A stretch of DNA of 64,000 nucleotides from Oscillospiraceae bacterium (lineage in GTDB: Bacteria > Bacillota > Clostridia > Oscillospirales > Oscillospiraceae), in contig CADBKF010000008.1 of NCBI GenBank assembly GCA_902795195.1, forward strand, positions 17,677-81,676. The letters run 5' to 3'. Shown here one piece after another: positions 54,824 through 64,000 of this stretch. The notes under the pieces are model-generated. The model worked only from the letters and a program-made list of their open reading frames with translations, made no database searches and was not told the DNA's origin. A program made the translations under genes and the position numbers. Positions within the stretch are counted from its first letter, which is position 1, and each line of letters opens with the position of its first letter.

Positions 54824-55561
54824 TTACGGTTTTTCGGCGGCAAAGAAGATGCGCTGCTCGTTTTCTCCGGGCGTTTCCACGCTGCGGTCGCCGAACGAGC
54901 GGATGTGCGTGAAGCCGGCCTCGGCCAGCCAGGCGATCAGCTCGTCCTCGGTGTAGGCGTACTCCCGGTGCAGCTCCTGGCTGCGCTGCCATAGCCTGCC
55001 CCGTCGCTGGAACACATCCATGCCGTAGCTGCAGATGCGGCTTTCCTCGTCGAAATCCGCCCGCCAGACGCAGTAGACCTCGTCGTCCTCGTCGAGGAAG
55101 ATCTGCCCGTCGAGGCCGCGCAGCTTGCAGGCCGAGTTGATGTCAAAGACGAACAGGCCGCCGGGATTGAGGCTCTTATAAACCCGCTTCATCGTCTCGC
55201 GGCAGTCGGCGGGATCGGTCAGATAGTTGATCCCGTCGAGGCAGCAGACGGCAAAGTCCACCGGCTGCGGCAGGCGCAGGCGCTGCATCCTCTGGCGGAT
55301 GAAATAGGGCGGGTTGTCGAGCCCGGAGGCCTTGTCATAGGCCTCGGTCAGCATTTCCTCCGAGGCGTCCACGCCCAGCACCGAGAGCCCCTCCCCTGCC
55401 AAAAGCACCGACAGCGAGCCCGTGCCGCAGGCGAGGTCCAGCGCGCTTTCCGGCGTTTTGTCATAAAGCTGCCAGATGGTCTTGTAGAATTTGAGCAGAT
55501 CCTCGTAGGGGATGTCCTGGGTCAGCCGGTCGTAGGACGCGGCCAGCGCTTCATATGCCAT
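54824..55561 (-). CDS. class I SAM-dependent methyltransferase
   Basis: Motif I LDLACGTGSLS. 245 aa. Confidence 0.8.
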   Translation of the reverse strand: MAYEALAASYDRLTQDIPYEDLLKFYKTIWQLYDKTPESALDLACGTGSLSVLLAGEGLSVLGVDASEEMLTEAYDKASGLDNPPYFIRQRMQRLRLPQPVDFAVCCLDGINYLTDPADCRETMKRVYKSLNPGGLFVFDINSACKLRGLDGQIFLDEDDEVYCVWRADFDEESRICSYGMDVFQRRGRLWQRSQELHREYAYTEDELIAWLAEAGFTHIRSFGDRSVETPGENEQRIFFAAEKP

Positions 55562-55570
55562 GCTTCCTCC

Positions 55571-55604
55571 AAAAAGCCGACGCCGTTTTTCGCGGCGCCG
55601 GCTT
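55571..55604 (-). terminator. terminator after ftsZ
   Basis: Minus strand AAGCCGGCGCCG-loop-CGGCGTCGGCTT TTT, immediately before the methyltransferase RBS. Confidence 0.6.
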
Positions 55605-55621
55605 TGTCTGTTCTGTGGTGC

Positions 55622-56716
55622 TTACTTCTTGAAGATCGAGAAGATCGCGTCGATGTCGTTGATGTCGCCGTTGTCAGCGGGTGCGGTGGGACGGGGCGTT
55701 CTGCCGTAGTCGCTGCTGAGGTTGGAGAAGGACTTGCGCTCGGGCTTCTTCTCCTCCTTCTTGGCCTCGTCGGCAAAGCCGGTGGCGATGACGGTCACGC
55801 GCATTTCATCCTCAAACTCCTCGCTGAAGGTGGCGCCGAAGATGATGTTGGCGTCGGGGTTGGCCGCCTCCATGACGATGTTGGCGGCGGTCTCGACGTC
55901 GTCCAGACCCAGGTCAGCCGCGCCGGTGACGTTGATCAGAACGCCGGTGGCGCCGTTGATGGAGGTCTCCAGCAAGGGGCTGGCAACCGCGGTCATAGCG
56001 GCCTGCTCGGCCTTCTCGCGGCCGGAGGCGGTGCCCACGCCCATGTGGGCGCGGCCGGCGTTCTTCATGATGGCGGAGACGTCGGCAAAGTCGAGGTTGA
56101 TGATGACGCGGTCGGAGTAGCCGACCAGCTCGGAGATGGAGGTCACCGCCTGCTTGAGCACGTCGTCGGCAATGCCGAAGGCGTTGGCAAAGGTGATCTT
56201 CTGGTCGGTGACGTATTTCAGCCGGTCGTTGGGAATGACGATCAGGGAGTCGACCTTCTCGGACAGGGCCTTGATGCCCTCGTCGGCCTGGCGCATACGG
56301 TTGGCGCCCTCAAACTTGAAGGGGCGGGTCACAACGCCGACGGTGAGGATGCCGGCCTCGTGGGCCAGATCGGCAATGATGGGCGCTGCGCCGGTGCCGG
56401 TGCCGCCGCCCATGCCGGCGGTGATGAAGACCATGTCGGTGCCCTCAAGGCACTTGGAGATGGCCGCTCTGCTCTCCTCGGCGGACTTTTTGCCGATTTC
56501 GGGCTTGGAGCCTGCGCCCATGCCGCCGGTCAGCTTCTCGCCGATCTGCAGCTTGTTGGGGCACTTGGACTTGTTGAGGTCCTGACGGTCTGTATTGATG
56601 ACCATGAATTCCACGCCATCGACGGCGGAATTGATCATGCGGTTGACAACATTATTGCCGGCGCCGCCCACGCCGATGACTTTAATCGCAACTACTTTTT
56701 CGGGATAATCAGCCAT
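55622..56716 (-). CDS. ftsZ: cell division GTPase FtsZ
   Basis: IKVIGVGGAGNNVVNRM and the tubulin signature GGGTGTGAAP. Confidence 0.95.
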   Translation of the reverse strand: MADYPEKVVAIKVIGVGGAGNNVVNRMINSAVDGVEFMVINTDRQDLNKSKCPNKLQIGEKLTGGMGAGSKPEIGKKSAEESRAAISKCLEGTDMVFITAGMGGGTGTGAAPIIADLAHEAGILTVGVVTRPFKFEGANRMRQADEGIKALSEKVDSLIVIPNDRLKYVTDQKITFANAFGIADDVLKQAVTSISELVGYSDRVIINLDFADVSAIMKNAGRAHMGVGTASGREKAEQAAMTAVASPLLETSINGATGVLINVTGAADLGLDDVETAANIVMEAANPDANIIFGATFSEEFEDEMRVTVIATGFADEAKKEEKKPERKSFSNLSSDYGRTPRPTAPADNGDINDIDAIFSIFKK

Positions 56717-56839
56717 GGAACAATCCTCCTATGTATCTATCGTTGGTCTGCTCTGCCACCGGCGCAGCCGGGTTTCAGGCGCTGCCCGCCTGCGGCTGTA
56801 TGCTAGTGTTTGCAGAGGTATTTACATTTATACGCTTCT

Positions 56840-56868
56840 ATTTTAGCTTGATTTGTGCGCTAGGTCAA
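56840..56868 (-). promoter_or_regulatory. candidate ftsZ promoter in the ftsQ-ftsZ gap
   Basis: Minus strand TTGACC (56868..56863), 17 nt, TAAAAT (56845..56840). Confidence 0.55.
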
Positions 56869-56921
56869 TAGGAATTTCGGGTTTTTTGCAAATTTTGCGA
56901 AAAAATTTACAATCTGTCGGA

Positions 56922-57830
56922 TCACTCGAAGGGCTGGAATCTGGCGTTGCGTCCCTCGGCGAAGGTGATGTCGATGACGCCGGAAAGGTAGGTCTGGTTC
57001 TGGGCCTTGAACTCGTCGAGCACGCCCTTGAGATAGGCGAACTTGTAGGCCAGCTCATCCGTCGTGCCCAGGTGGATCTCGTACTGGCTGCCGTACCAGA
57101 GGACGATGTCGTAGGAGGCGCTCACGTCCAGGGTCACGATCTTCTTGGCGATCTCGGCCGAATCCTCCAGCGCCTGCAGCACCTGCAGGACCGCCGTGCG
57201 CTTGGCTGCGTTCTCGGTCTCATCGGTGCCCTCGGCGCCGGCGGCCTGGATCGTGCCGCCGATCGTCGGCTGCTGGATCGTCATGCCCTCGACGGTCAGA
57301 TGCTTTCTGGCCTCCTGCTCGGTGCTCTGCTCGAGGACCCTGCCCTCGCAGTTGATGAGCCACCACTGCCCTGCCTCGTCGCAGACGGCGTAGGTGATCT
57401 CAAACTCGGTGATGAGCAGCGTCACGGAGCTGGGGAAGCTCCGCTTGACCTGGACCTGGCTCACATAGGGCAGCGCGGTTTTGATGTGCGCGGCCACGGC
57501 AGCCTTGTTGAGCGTGAGCAGGTTGTCGCCCACCTCGATGCCGGAGGCCTCGATGATCTCCTCCGAGCTGTAATAACGCTTCTCCGAACCCGTCGCGGCG
57601 GGCAGCTCCTGCTCGGAGAGCGTCTGGCCTCCGACGTCGAAGGCCACGGCGATGTGCTGGATCTTGAAGAAGATCACAAAGCCCAGAATAATGGCCGCCG
57701 CCACGCCCAGCATCGTCAGCAGCTTGATGCGGAAGGCCGAGCGGTTCATGCGGTGCACGCGCTTTTTCGGCTGCTTCTGCACCGGCTCCACCCGTTTGAT
57801 CGCGGGCTCTTTTCTCGTTTCGTTGTCCAT
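56922..57830 (-). CDS. ftsQ: cell division protein FtsQ/DivIB (TM + POTRA)
   Basis: Single TM (LLTMLGVAAAIILGFVIFF) and a POTRA-like segment. Position is between murA and ftsZ. Confidence 0.75.
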   Translation of the reverse strand: MDNETRKEPAIKRVEPVQKQPKKRVHRMNRSAFRIKLLTMLGVAAAIILGFVIFFKIQHIAVAFDVGGQTLSEQELPAATGSEKRYYSSEEIIEASGIEVGDNLLTLNKAAVAAHIKTALPYVSQVQVKRSFPSSVTLLITEFEITYAVCDEAGQWWLINCEGRVLEQSTEQEARKHLTVEGMTIQQPTIGGTIQAAGAEGTDETENAAKRTAVLQVLQALEDSAEIAKKIVTLDVSASYDIVLWYGSQYEIHLGTTDELAYKFAYLKGVLDEFKAQNQTYLSGVIDITFAEGRNARFQPFE

Positions 57831-57840
57831 AGCTTGTTCC

Positions 57841-59085
57841 TCAGGTGAATTGTGTCACGTCCGCGCCGAGTCTGCGGCAGCCTTCGCACAGCTGCTCGTA
57901 GCCGCGCGATAAGTGCTGCGCATCCATGATGCGGCTCACGCCCTCTGCCGACAAGGCTGCGATCAGCATGGCCATGCCGCCGCGCAGGTCGGTTGCCTCC
58001 ATCTCTGCGCCCCGGAGCCGGCTGACCCCGCGCACACTGGCCACGCGGCCGCTCACGCGGATGTCCGCTCCCAGGGCCCGGAGGGCCGGCACATGGCGAT
58101 AGCGGTTTTCAAAAACGGTCTCGCAGAAGACCGTGACCCCCCTGGCCCGCAGCAGCGCCGCCATGAGCGGCGCCTGGGCGTCGGTGGGAAAGTCCGGATA
58201 GGGGCCGGTCACCACGGGCGCGATGGCCTGCAGCGGCCCGGCGGAAAGCCAGATGCGGCTGTCGGTTGTCTGCACGCTGCAGCCGGCTGCCTGCAGGGCC
58301 GTCAGCACCGGGGCCAAGGTGTCCGGGCGGATGCCGGTCAGGCGGATCTCACCGCCGGCTGCAGCCGCAGCGCACAGCCAGCTGGCTGCCGCCATGCGGT
58401 CCGGCATCACGCGGTAGTCCGCGCCGCGATCTGGCCCGCGCAGGATCCGGATGTGCCCGGTGCCTGCGCCGCGGATGTCCGCCCCGCAGCGGTTGAGAAA
58501 GCCGGCCAGATCCTCGATCTCGGGTTCCCGGGCAGCGCCTAGGATGGTCACCGGGCCCTGCGCGCCGCAGCCTGCCAGCAGCAGGTTTTCGGTCGCGCCG
58601 ACGCTGGGATAGCGCAGGATCACGGTGCCGCCGCGCAGGGGGCCCCTGCAGCGGATCGTGCTGCCGTCCACATCGATTGTGGCGCCCAGCGCCTCGAGGC
58701 CGGACAGGTGCAGATCCAACGGGCGTGCGCCCAGCACGCAGCCGCCCGGCAGCGGGACGCTCGCCTCGCCGCAGGCGCACACGAGCGCGCCGAGAAAGCT
58801 GACCGACGCGCGCATCTTCCCGGCCGGTTCCGGCGGGAGCGCCGCGCAGCAAAGGCTGCCGGCGTCGATCGTTGCGCCGCTGCGGTCAAATGTCGCCGCG
58901 CAGCCCAGGGCCTTCAGAATTTCGATGGCGGTATGTACGTCGCTGATGTCCGGGCAGCCGCGCAGCGTGCAGCGCTTTCCGGTGCACAATGTCGCCGCCA
59001 GCAGCGGCAGCGCGGCATTTTTCGACCCCTGCACCGCCAGCGTCCCGCGCAGCGGCCGGCCGCCCCGTACTTGAATGAAGCTCAT
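57841..59085 (-). CDS. murA: UDP-N-acetylglucosamine 1-carboxyvinyltransferase
   Basis: MSFIQVRGGRPLRGTLAVQGSKNAALPLLAATL. Start trimmed to ATG 59085. Confidence 0.85.
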   Translation of the reverse strand: MSFIQVRGGRPLRGTLAVQGSKNAALPLLAATLCTGKRCTLRGCPDISDVHTAIEILKALGCAATFDRSGATIDAGSLCCAALPPEPAGKMRASVSFLGALVCACGEASVPLPGGCVLGARPLDLHLSGLEALGATIDVDGSTIRCRGPLRGGTVILRYPSVGATENLLLAGCGAQGPVTILGAAREPEIEDLAGFLNRCGADIRGAGTGHIRILRGPDRGADYRVMPDRMAAASWLCAAAAAGGEIRLTGIRPDTLAPVLTALQAAGCSVQTTDSRIWLSAGPLQAIAPVVTGPYPDFPTDAQAPLMAALLRARGVTVFCETVFENRYRHVPALRALGADIRVSGRVASVRGVSRLRGAEMEATDLRGGMAMLIAALSAEGVSRIMDAQHLSRGYEQLCEGCRRLGADVTQFT

Positions 59086-59138
59086 ACCTCTCCCCCACAT
59101 GATGGTTTTGCCATCCTATGCAGGAGAAATCAAAAACG

Positions 59139-60263
59139 TTATGCGTTTGAGAGTTCGAAGATCGTTTGCAGGATCCGCTCGGCGGAGTCCACCACGGCCA
59201 TGTTAGACAGGTTCGAGCGCATCCGGTCGCGGGCGGACTGGTCCGCCAGCAGGCGCTTCGCCTCGTTGTAGAGGACCTCGCCGTCGCAGTCGGCCTCGCG
59301 CAGGACGACCGCGCCGCCGCCGCGCTCGAGCACGCGGGCGTTCTTTTCCTGGTGGTTGTCGGTCACGTTGGGCGACGGCACGATGATGCAGGGCGTGCCC
59401 GCCGCCATGATCTCGTTGAGCGTGGAAGCGCCGGCCCGCGTGATGAACAGGTCGGCCGCGGCCATGAGCTCGGGCATGTTGAAGATGTACTCGCGCATGT
59501 CAATTTCAGGATGCGCCGCCAGGTCCACGCCGCGCTCTTTGACATAGTCCGGCATCCAGCGCCAGCCATAGGAGCCGGTCGCGTGGATGTGCCGCCAGGG
59601 CGTGCCGTCGCGGCACTCCAGAGCCATGAAATCGGCGATCTTCTTGTTCATTTCCCGGGCGCCCAGGCTGCCCCAGGCGGAAATCACCAGCGGGCGGTCG
59701 CCCAGGCCGAGCTTTTCTCTGGCGCCCGAGCGCCGGGTGTAGAGGAACTCCTCGCGCACCGGCATGCCCACGACCGCCACGCGCTCGGGGTTGTTATAGT
59801 AATTGCGGCTCTCCTCGAAGCTGACCAGAATCCGGCTCGCGGTGTCGGCCACCATGCGGGTGGTCAGGCCCGGGACCGCGTTGGCCTCGTGCACCGCCGT
59901 GGGAACGCCGCGCTTGGCGCCCATCTTGAGCATCGGAAAGCTCGCGTAGCCGCCGGTGCCGACGATCACGTCGGGCTGAAATTCCTTCAAAATGCGGTCG
60001 GCCTTGCGCATGGAGCCGGCGATATTTGCGGCGGTCGCCACATTGTGCGCCACAGCCTTGGGGCTGAGGGAGCGTTGATAATTTGAAATTTTCAGGGTTT
60101 CGAGCCGGAAGCCCTCTCTGGGGACCAGCTTGTTTTCCATGCCGTCCTCGGCGCCGACAAAGAGGATCTCGGCGTCCGGCTTACGGCTCTGCAGCAGCTT
60201 AGCAACGGCGATGGCCGGGTTGATGTGCCCGCCCGTGCCGCCGCAGGTGAAGATGACTCTCAT
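59139..60263 (-). CDS. murG: undecaprenyldiphospho-muramoylpentapeptide beta-N-acetylglucosaminyltransferase
   Basis: MRVIFTCGGTGGHINPAIAVA and C-terminal RAGASTLNEIMAAGTPCIIVP. Confidence 0.9.
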   Translation of the reverse strand: MRVIFTCGGTGGHINPAIAVAKLLQSRKPDAEILFVGAEDGMENKLVPREGFRLETLKISNYQRSLSPKAVAHNVATAANIAGSMRKADRILKEFQPDVIVGTGGYASFPMLKMGAKRGVPTAVHEANAVPGLTTRMVADTASRILVSFEESRNYYNNPERVAVVGMPVREEFLYTRRSGAREKLGLGDRPLVISAWGSLGAREMNKKIADFMALECRDGTPWRHIHATGSYGWRWMPDYVKERGVDLAAHPEIDMREYIFNMPELMAAADLFITRAGASTLNEIMAAGTPCIIVPSPNVTDNHQEKNARVLERGGGAVVLREADCDGEVLYNEAKRLLADQSARDRMRSNLSNMAVVDSAERILQTIFELSNA

Positions 60264-61480
60264 GCGATGCGAACCTCCTTATTGGTGCACCAGCGCGAAA
60301 TGCTGAGCACGATGCCCATTTCCGCCAGCTGGATCACCAGCGCCGTGCCGCCGTAGGAGAAGAACGGCAGCGAGATACCCGTGGAGGGCAGCAGATTGGA
60401 AACCACCGCCATATTGAGGAAGACCTGCAGCGCCAGCAGCGTCGTCAGGCCCGCCGCCACAAGCGTGCCGAAGCGGTCACGTGCGTGCAGGGCGATCCAG
60501 TAGCCCCGCAGGATCAGCAGCACGAAGAGCAGAATGATGCCCGCCGCACCGATGAAGCCCAGCTCCTCGCAGACGATGGCGAAGATGTAGTCGTTGTGCT
60601 CCTCGGGCAGATACAGATATTTCTGCCGGGAGTGGCCGAAGCCCAGACCTAGAAAGCCGCCCGAGCCGATGGCGTAGCGCGACTGGATGATCTGATAGCC
60701 CGTGTCCTCGGCGTCATTTTCCGGGTGGAGCCAGGCGGTGATGCGGTCGCCTGTGTAGCCCTTGCTGCTTAAGTACACGAAGACGAACACCACACCCATG
60801 AGCAGGCCCACGCCGAACCATCTGGCCTTGGTGCCGCCCAGGAACATCATCGTGGCGCCCAGGGCCAGGATGATCACCGTGGCGGACATGTGCGGCTCGA
60901 GATAGAGCAGCACCGCCATCACGCCCAGCACCAGCGCATAGGGCAGAACGCCGTACTGGAAGGTGTCCATTTTGTCCTTCCAGACCGACATCATTGAGGC
61001 AAAGGAGAGCACCACGGCGATCTTGGCGATCTCCGAGGGCTGGAAGTTCTGGCCCAGAATGACGATCCAGCGGCGCGCGCCGTTGGCCTTGACGCCCACA
61101 AAGGGCACCATCAGCAGCAGCACCAGCGACACCGCCAGCGCCAGCATCGACAGGCGGTGGAAGATGAAGTAGTTCAGGCGGCTGACCACCAGCATCACCA
61201 CGATGCCGAAGGCCGCAAAGCCCGCCTGGCGCACAAAGTAATAGGCCGCGTTTCCGGTGTCGTGGAGGGCTCTTGCGTAGCTGGCCGAGAACATCATCAA
61301 AAGCCCGATGGCGACCAGCAGCAGCGTCAGCACCAGATAGGGAATGTCGAGCATGCCCGTGCTGTCAAAAACCTGGCCCTCGTCGCCCTCGAGCGCGCCG
61401 ATCGGGTTGCCGGCGCGGTTGGTTTTCAGCCGCGGCTCCTGCGGCAGCGCGTCCTTGTTCAGTTTTTTCGCAGCAGCCAT
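60260..61480 (-). CDS. ftsW: FtsW/RodA/SpoVE-family peptidoglycan glycosyltransferase
   Basis: Polytopic SEDS protein (GARRWI, LPEEHNDYIFA, LPFFSYGGTA). ATGA overlap with murG. Confidence 0.85.
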   Translation of the reverse strand: MAAAKKLNKDALPQEPRLKTNRAGNPIGALEGDEGQVFDSTGMLDIPYLVLTLLLVAIGLLMMFSASYARALHDTGNAAYYFVRQAGFAAFGIVVMLVVSRLNYFIFHRLSMLALAVSLVLLLMVPFVGVKANGARRWIVILGQNFQPSEIAKIAVVLSFASMMSVWKDKMDTFQYGVLPYALVLGVMAVLLYLEPHMSATVIILALGATMMFLGGTKARWFGVGLLMGVVFVFVYLSSKGYTGDRITAWLHPENDAEDTGYQIIQSRYAIGSGGFLGLGFGHSRQKYLYLPEEHNDYIFAIVCEELGFIGAAGIILLFVLLILRGYWIALHARDRFGTLVAAGLTTLLALQVFLNMAVVSNLLPSTGISLPFFSYGGTALVIQLAEMGIVLSISRWCTNKEVRIA

Positions 61481-61516
61481 AAATGAACAACCTTTCCTGC
61501 AGAATCGGGTGACGCC

Positions 61517-62509
61517 TTACCGGATGAGCGGCTGCACCGCATAGAAGGCCAGCGCGCAGAAGAGAACGCTCACGCTCACAAAGACGATCCAGATCTTGAC
61601 CTCGCTCCAGTCGCACATCTCAAAGTGGTGGTGGATCGGCGTCATCTTGAAGATGCGCTTGCCGTGGGTGAGCTTGAAGTAGCTGACCTGCATCATGACC
61701 GAGAGGGTCTCGACAATGTAGACGATGCCGACCAGGATCAGGATCAGCGGCATATCCAGGGCAAAGGCCAGGCCGCACACCGCGCCGCCGAGAAACAGCG
61801 AGCCGGTGTCGCCCATGAAGGTCTTGGCCGGGTGGAAGTTGTAGCACAGGAAGCCGCCCAGCGCGCCGAAGAGCGCCGCCGGGAAGATGGCAAGCTCGGT
61901 CTTCTTGAGCAGCACCGCCGTCAGCAGGAAGAAGACCATGACCGGCATGGTCACGCCGGTTGCAAGGCCGTCGATGCCGTCGGTCAGATTGACCGCGTTC
62001 ACGGTGCCGACGATCACGAACATGGCAAAGAAGATATAGATGATCGGGTGGATCTGCCAGCGAAGGGTCGTAAACGGGATCCACAGCTCGCAGCTCATCA
62101 CGTCGCGCTGGTAGAGGATGAACAGATACAGGGCCGAGGCGATCAGCTGCAGGGCGAATTTCTGCCCGGATTTGAGGCCCTCGTTCTGCTTCTTTTTGAC
62201 CTTGAGAAAGTCGTCGGAAAAGCCGATCAGGCCGAACACCAGGGCAAACAGGAACACAAACACCGAGGTCCAGCGCTGCCAGATCAGCGTCATGATCAGA
62301 ATGCCGATGAACGAGGCGCAGATGAAGATGATGCCGCCCATGGCAGGCGTGCCCGCCTTGGAGTTGTGCCACTTCGGACCGACCTCGCGGATGGACTGGC
62401 CGGCCTTGAGCGCCCGCAGCATGGGGATGATGAACTTGCCCAGGATCAGCGCGATCACGAAGCAGACCGGGATCATGGCCAGCAGTAAAATCAGTCTTGT
62501 GTTCAGCAT
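61517..62509 (-). CDS. mraY: phospho-N-acetylmuramoyl-pentapeptide transferase
   Basis: Start trimmed to ATG 62509 (GGAGG 6 nt upstream). NAVNLTDGIDGLA and HHHFE motifs. Confidence 0.9.
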   Translation of the reverse strand: MLNTRLILLLAMIPVCFVIALILGKFIIPMLRALKAGQSIREVGPKWHNSKAGTPAMGGIIFICASFIGILIMTLIWQRWTSVFVFLFALVFGLIGFSDDFLKVKKKQNEGLKSGQKFALQLIASALYLFILYQRDVMSCELWIPFTTLRWQIHPIIYIFFAMFVIVGTVNAVNLTDGIDGLATGVTMPVMVFFLLTAVLLKKTELAIFPAALFGALGGFLCYNFHPAKTFMGDTGSLFLGGAVCGLAFALDMPLILILVGIVYIVETLSVMMQVSYFKLTHGKRIFKMTPIHHHFEMCDWSEVKIWIVFVSVSVLFCALAFYAVQPLIR

Positions 62510-62551
62510 GGGAATTCCTCCGTTTTTTTGCTTTGGTTGCGGGCAATTGCA

Positions 62552-62632
62552 CCGTAGTGGCCGATGCCCACATCGGCCATCTCGCCGTAAGGCGCTTCGC
62601 GCTATGGCCGATGTGGGCATCGGCCACTACGG
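62552..62632. repeat. nested-palindrome (REP-like) element between murF and mraY
   Basis: 29-nt arms CCGTAGTGGCCGATGCCCACATCGGCCAT (62552..62580) and the reverse complement (62604..62632), with a 23-nt spacer. Each arm contains the hairpin GGCCGATG-CCCA-CATCGGCC. Confidence 0.9.
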
Positions 62633-62636
62633 GCTA

Positions 62637-63989
62637 TTATTCTGCCAGAAACAGCTCCAGCACGCGCTCCATGTGCATGCCGTGGCTGCCCTTGAAGAGC
62701 AGCACGTCGCCGGGACGGGCGATTTCCTTCAGGGCATCCGCCATGGCGGCGTGTTCGGTAAAGTGGCGGGCGGAGACCGCGTCCATACCGGCGGCTCTGG
62801 CGCCGTCTACGGTGAAGCGGCTGCACTCGCCGTAGGCAAAGAGCAGGTCTGCCGCCTTTGCCGCCAGCTCGCCGGTGTGATAATGCGCCTGCTCGGCGGT
62901 CTGGCCGAGCTCGAGCATGTCGCCCAGCACGGCGATGCGCCTGCCGCCGGTTTTGCGGCCGGCCAGCACGCTCAGCGCTGCCGCGGTGGACTCGGGGCCG
63001 GCGTTGTAACAGTCGGCGATGATCGAGAAGCCGTTTTGCGCAAAGCTCCTCTGCCGGTCGCCGGTGTTGGCGAAGCTCGCCAGCGCCTCGGTGATCTGCC
63101 GGGGCGCTACGCCGGCGCACAGGCCGACGGCAGTGGCCGCCAGCGCGTCATAGACATGGTGTCGGCCCTCCACCGGAAGCGTCACGCGGAAGTCCGCGCC
63201 CAGGCCCGTGACCCGGAACGCGGTGCTGCCGGCGCTGCTCTCGAGCTCGCTTGCGCGCAGGTCGCAGTTGGTGTCGATGCCGAAAAAGATGGGCGTCTGC
63301 TCGATTTTCGCGTTTCGCAGCAGCGGCTCGTCGCCGTTGAGAATCACCCTGCCGCCGGGACGCAGGCCCTCGAGGATCTCGAGCTTGGCCTTCAGAATGC
63401 CCTCGCGGGAGCCCAGATATTCGATGTGCATCGTGCCGATGTTCGTAATGACCGCGATGTCCGGCTGCGCGATGCCGGTGAGATAGGAGATCTCACCGAA
63501 GTGGTTCATGCCCATCTCGGTGACCGCCATCTGGCAGTCCTCCGGGATCGAGAGCACGGTCATCGGCAGGCCGATGTGGTTGTTGAAGTTCGCGGCGGTC
63601 TTGTGGACCGAAAACGCCGCAGCCAGCACCGCCGCGGTCATCTCCTTGGTGGTGGTTTTGCCCACGCTGCCGGTGATGCCGACGACCCTGGTATCAAGGC
63701 GCTGCCGCCAGGCACGGGCAATGTCGCCAAGGGCCTTGAGCGGATCGGCGCAGATCAGCACCGGAATGCCGTCCAGCGCCCGCCTGCCCAGCACCGCGGC
63801 CGCACCGCGCGCCATGGCCATGGGCGCAAAGTCGTGGCCGTCTCTGGCGCCCTCGAGCGCCACAAACAGCTGCCCGGCACCGATCGTCCGCGAATCGGCG
63901 GACGCGCCGAAAAATGTCAGATTTTCATATTCCGCCGCGATCGTCCCGTGACAGGCAAGCGCAGCTTCTTTCAGTGTCATAAAGCTCAT
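62637..63989 (-). CDS. murF: UDP-N-acetylmuramoyl-tripeptide--D-alanyl-D-alanine ligase
   Basis: GITGSVGKTTTKEM P-loop, Mur ligase middle and C-terminal domains. Start is either 63989 or 63980. Confidence 0.85.
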   Translation of the reverse strand: MSFMTLKEAALACHGTIAAEYENLTFFGASADSRTIGAGQLFVALEGARDGHDFAPMAMARGAAAVLGRRALDGIPVLICADPLKALGDIARAWRQRLDTRVVGITGSVGKTTTKEMTAAVLAAAFSVHKTAANFNNHIGLPMTVLSIPEDCQMAVTEMGMNHFGEISYLTGIAQPDIAVITNIGTMHIEYLGSREGILKAKLEILEGLRPGGRVILNGDEPLLRNAKIEQTPIFFGIDTNCDLRASELESSAGSTAFRVTGLGADFRVTLPVEGRHHVYDALAATAVGLCAGVAPRQITEALASFANTGDRQRSFAQNGFSIIADCYNAGPESTAAALSVLAGRKTGGRRIAVLGDMLELGQTAEQAHYHTGELAAKAADLLFAYGECSRFTVDGARAAGMDAVSARHFTEHAAMADALKEIARPGDVLLFKGSHGMHMERVLELFLAE

Positions 63990-64000
63990 ACCAAAATTCT

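Overview
GC-rich chromosomal segment of a Gram-positive anaerobe. Gene content (SLH anchors, YesMN/Lpl-type sugar systems, dcw and mre clusters) suggests Clostridia, Oscillospiraceae/Ruminococcaceae-like; this is inference. About 46 protein genes are supportable. Most very long ORFs in the track are antisense shadows of real genes. Many tracked ORFs carry spurious N-terminal extensions, which I trimmed using RBS position. Layout: (i) 1-13.1 kb, minus strand: a plant-glycoside utilisation locus (GH78 rhamnosidase, GH43, GH1, YesL-like membrane protein, carboxylesterase, Lpl-type ABC importer, YesN/YesM-like two-component system). (ii) 13.4-15.7 kb: a second carboxylesterase and a DsbA-like protein. 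(iii) 15.8-17.4 kb: an AT-rich islet with a disrupted AAA-ATPase (DUF4143-type) gene. (iv) 17.5-28 kb accessory block: membrane pseudo-kinase, histidine kinase and LuxR-type regulator, followed by two paralogous SLH-anchored giant surface proteins. (v) 28-35 kb: PadR/DUF2812, YcaQ-like, double GNAT, Fe-ADH, FemAB-like, AraC. (vi) 35-41.5 kb: uxaC and a rhamnose-type catabolic operon (AraC, rhaB, AraA/FucI-family isomerase, rhaD). (vii) 41.6-46.4 kb: FUSC-HAD fusion, small SHOCT-like protein, GH2 beta-galactosidase. (viii) 46.6-64 kb core envelope genes: maf-mreC-mreD-PBP2, SLH-M15 peptidase, NUDIX, RHH protein, hslO, methyltransferase, ftsZ-ftsQ-murA-murG-ftsW-mraY-murF. No rRNA, tRNA, CRISPR array, transposase or integrase was recognised. 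The most unusual signals are non-coding: phased heptanucleotide repeat arrays directly behind near-consensus promoters; a family of nested-palindrome (REP/RPE-like) elements, one inserted in frame inside uxaC; and a compact cluster of five abutting hairpins (three closed into a four-way junction) between the RHH gene and hslO. All calls rest on reading the sequence and on remembered family signatures. No database search was run.
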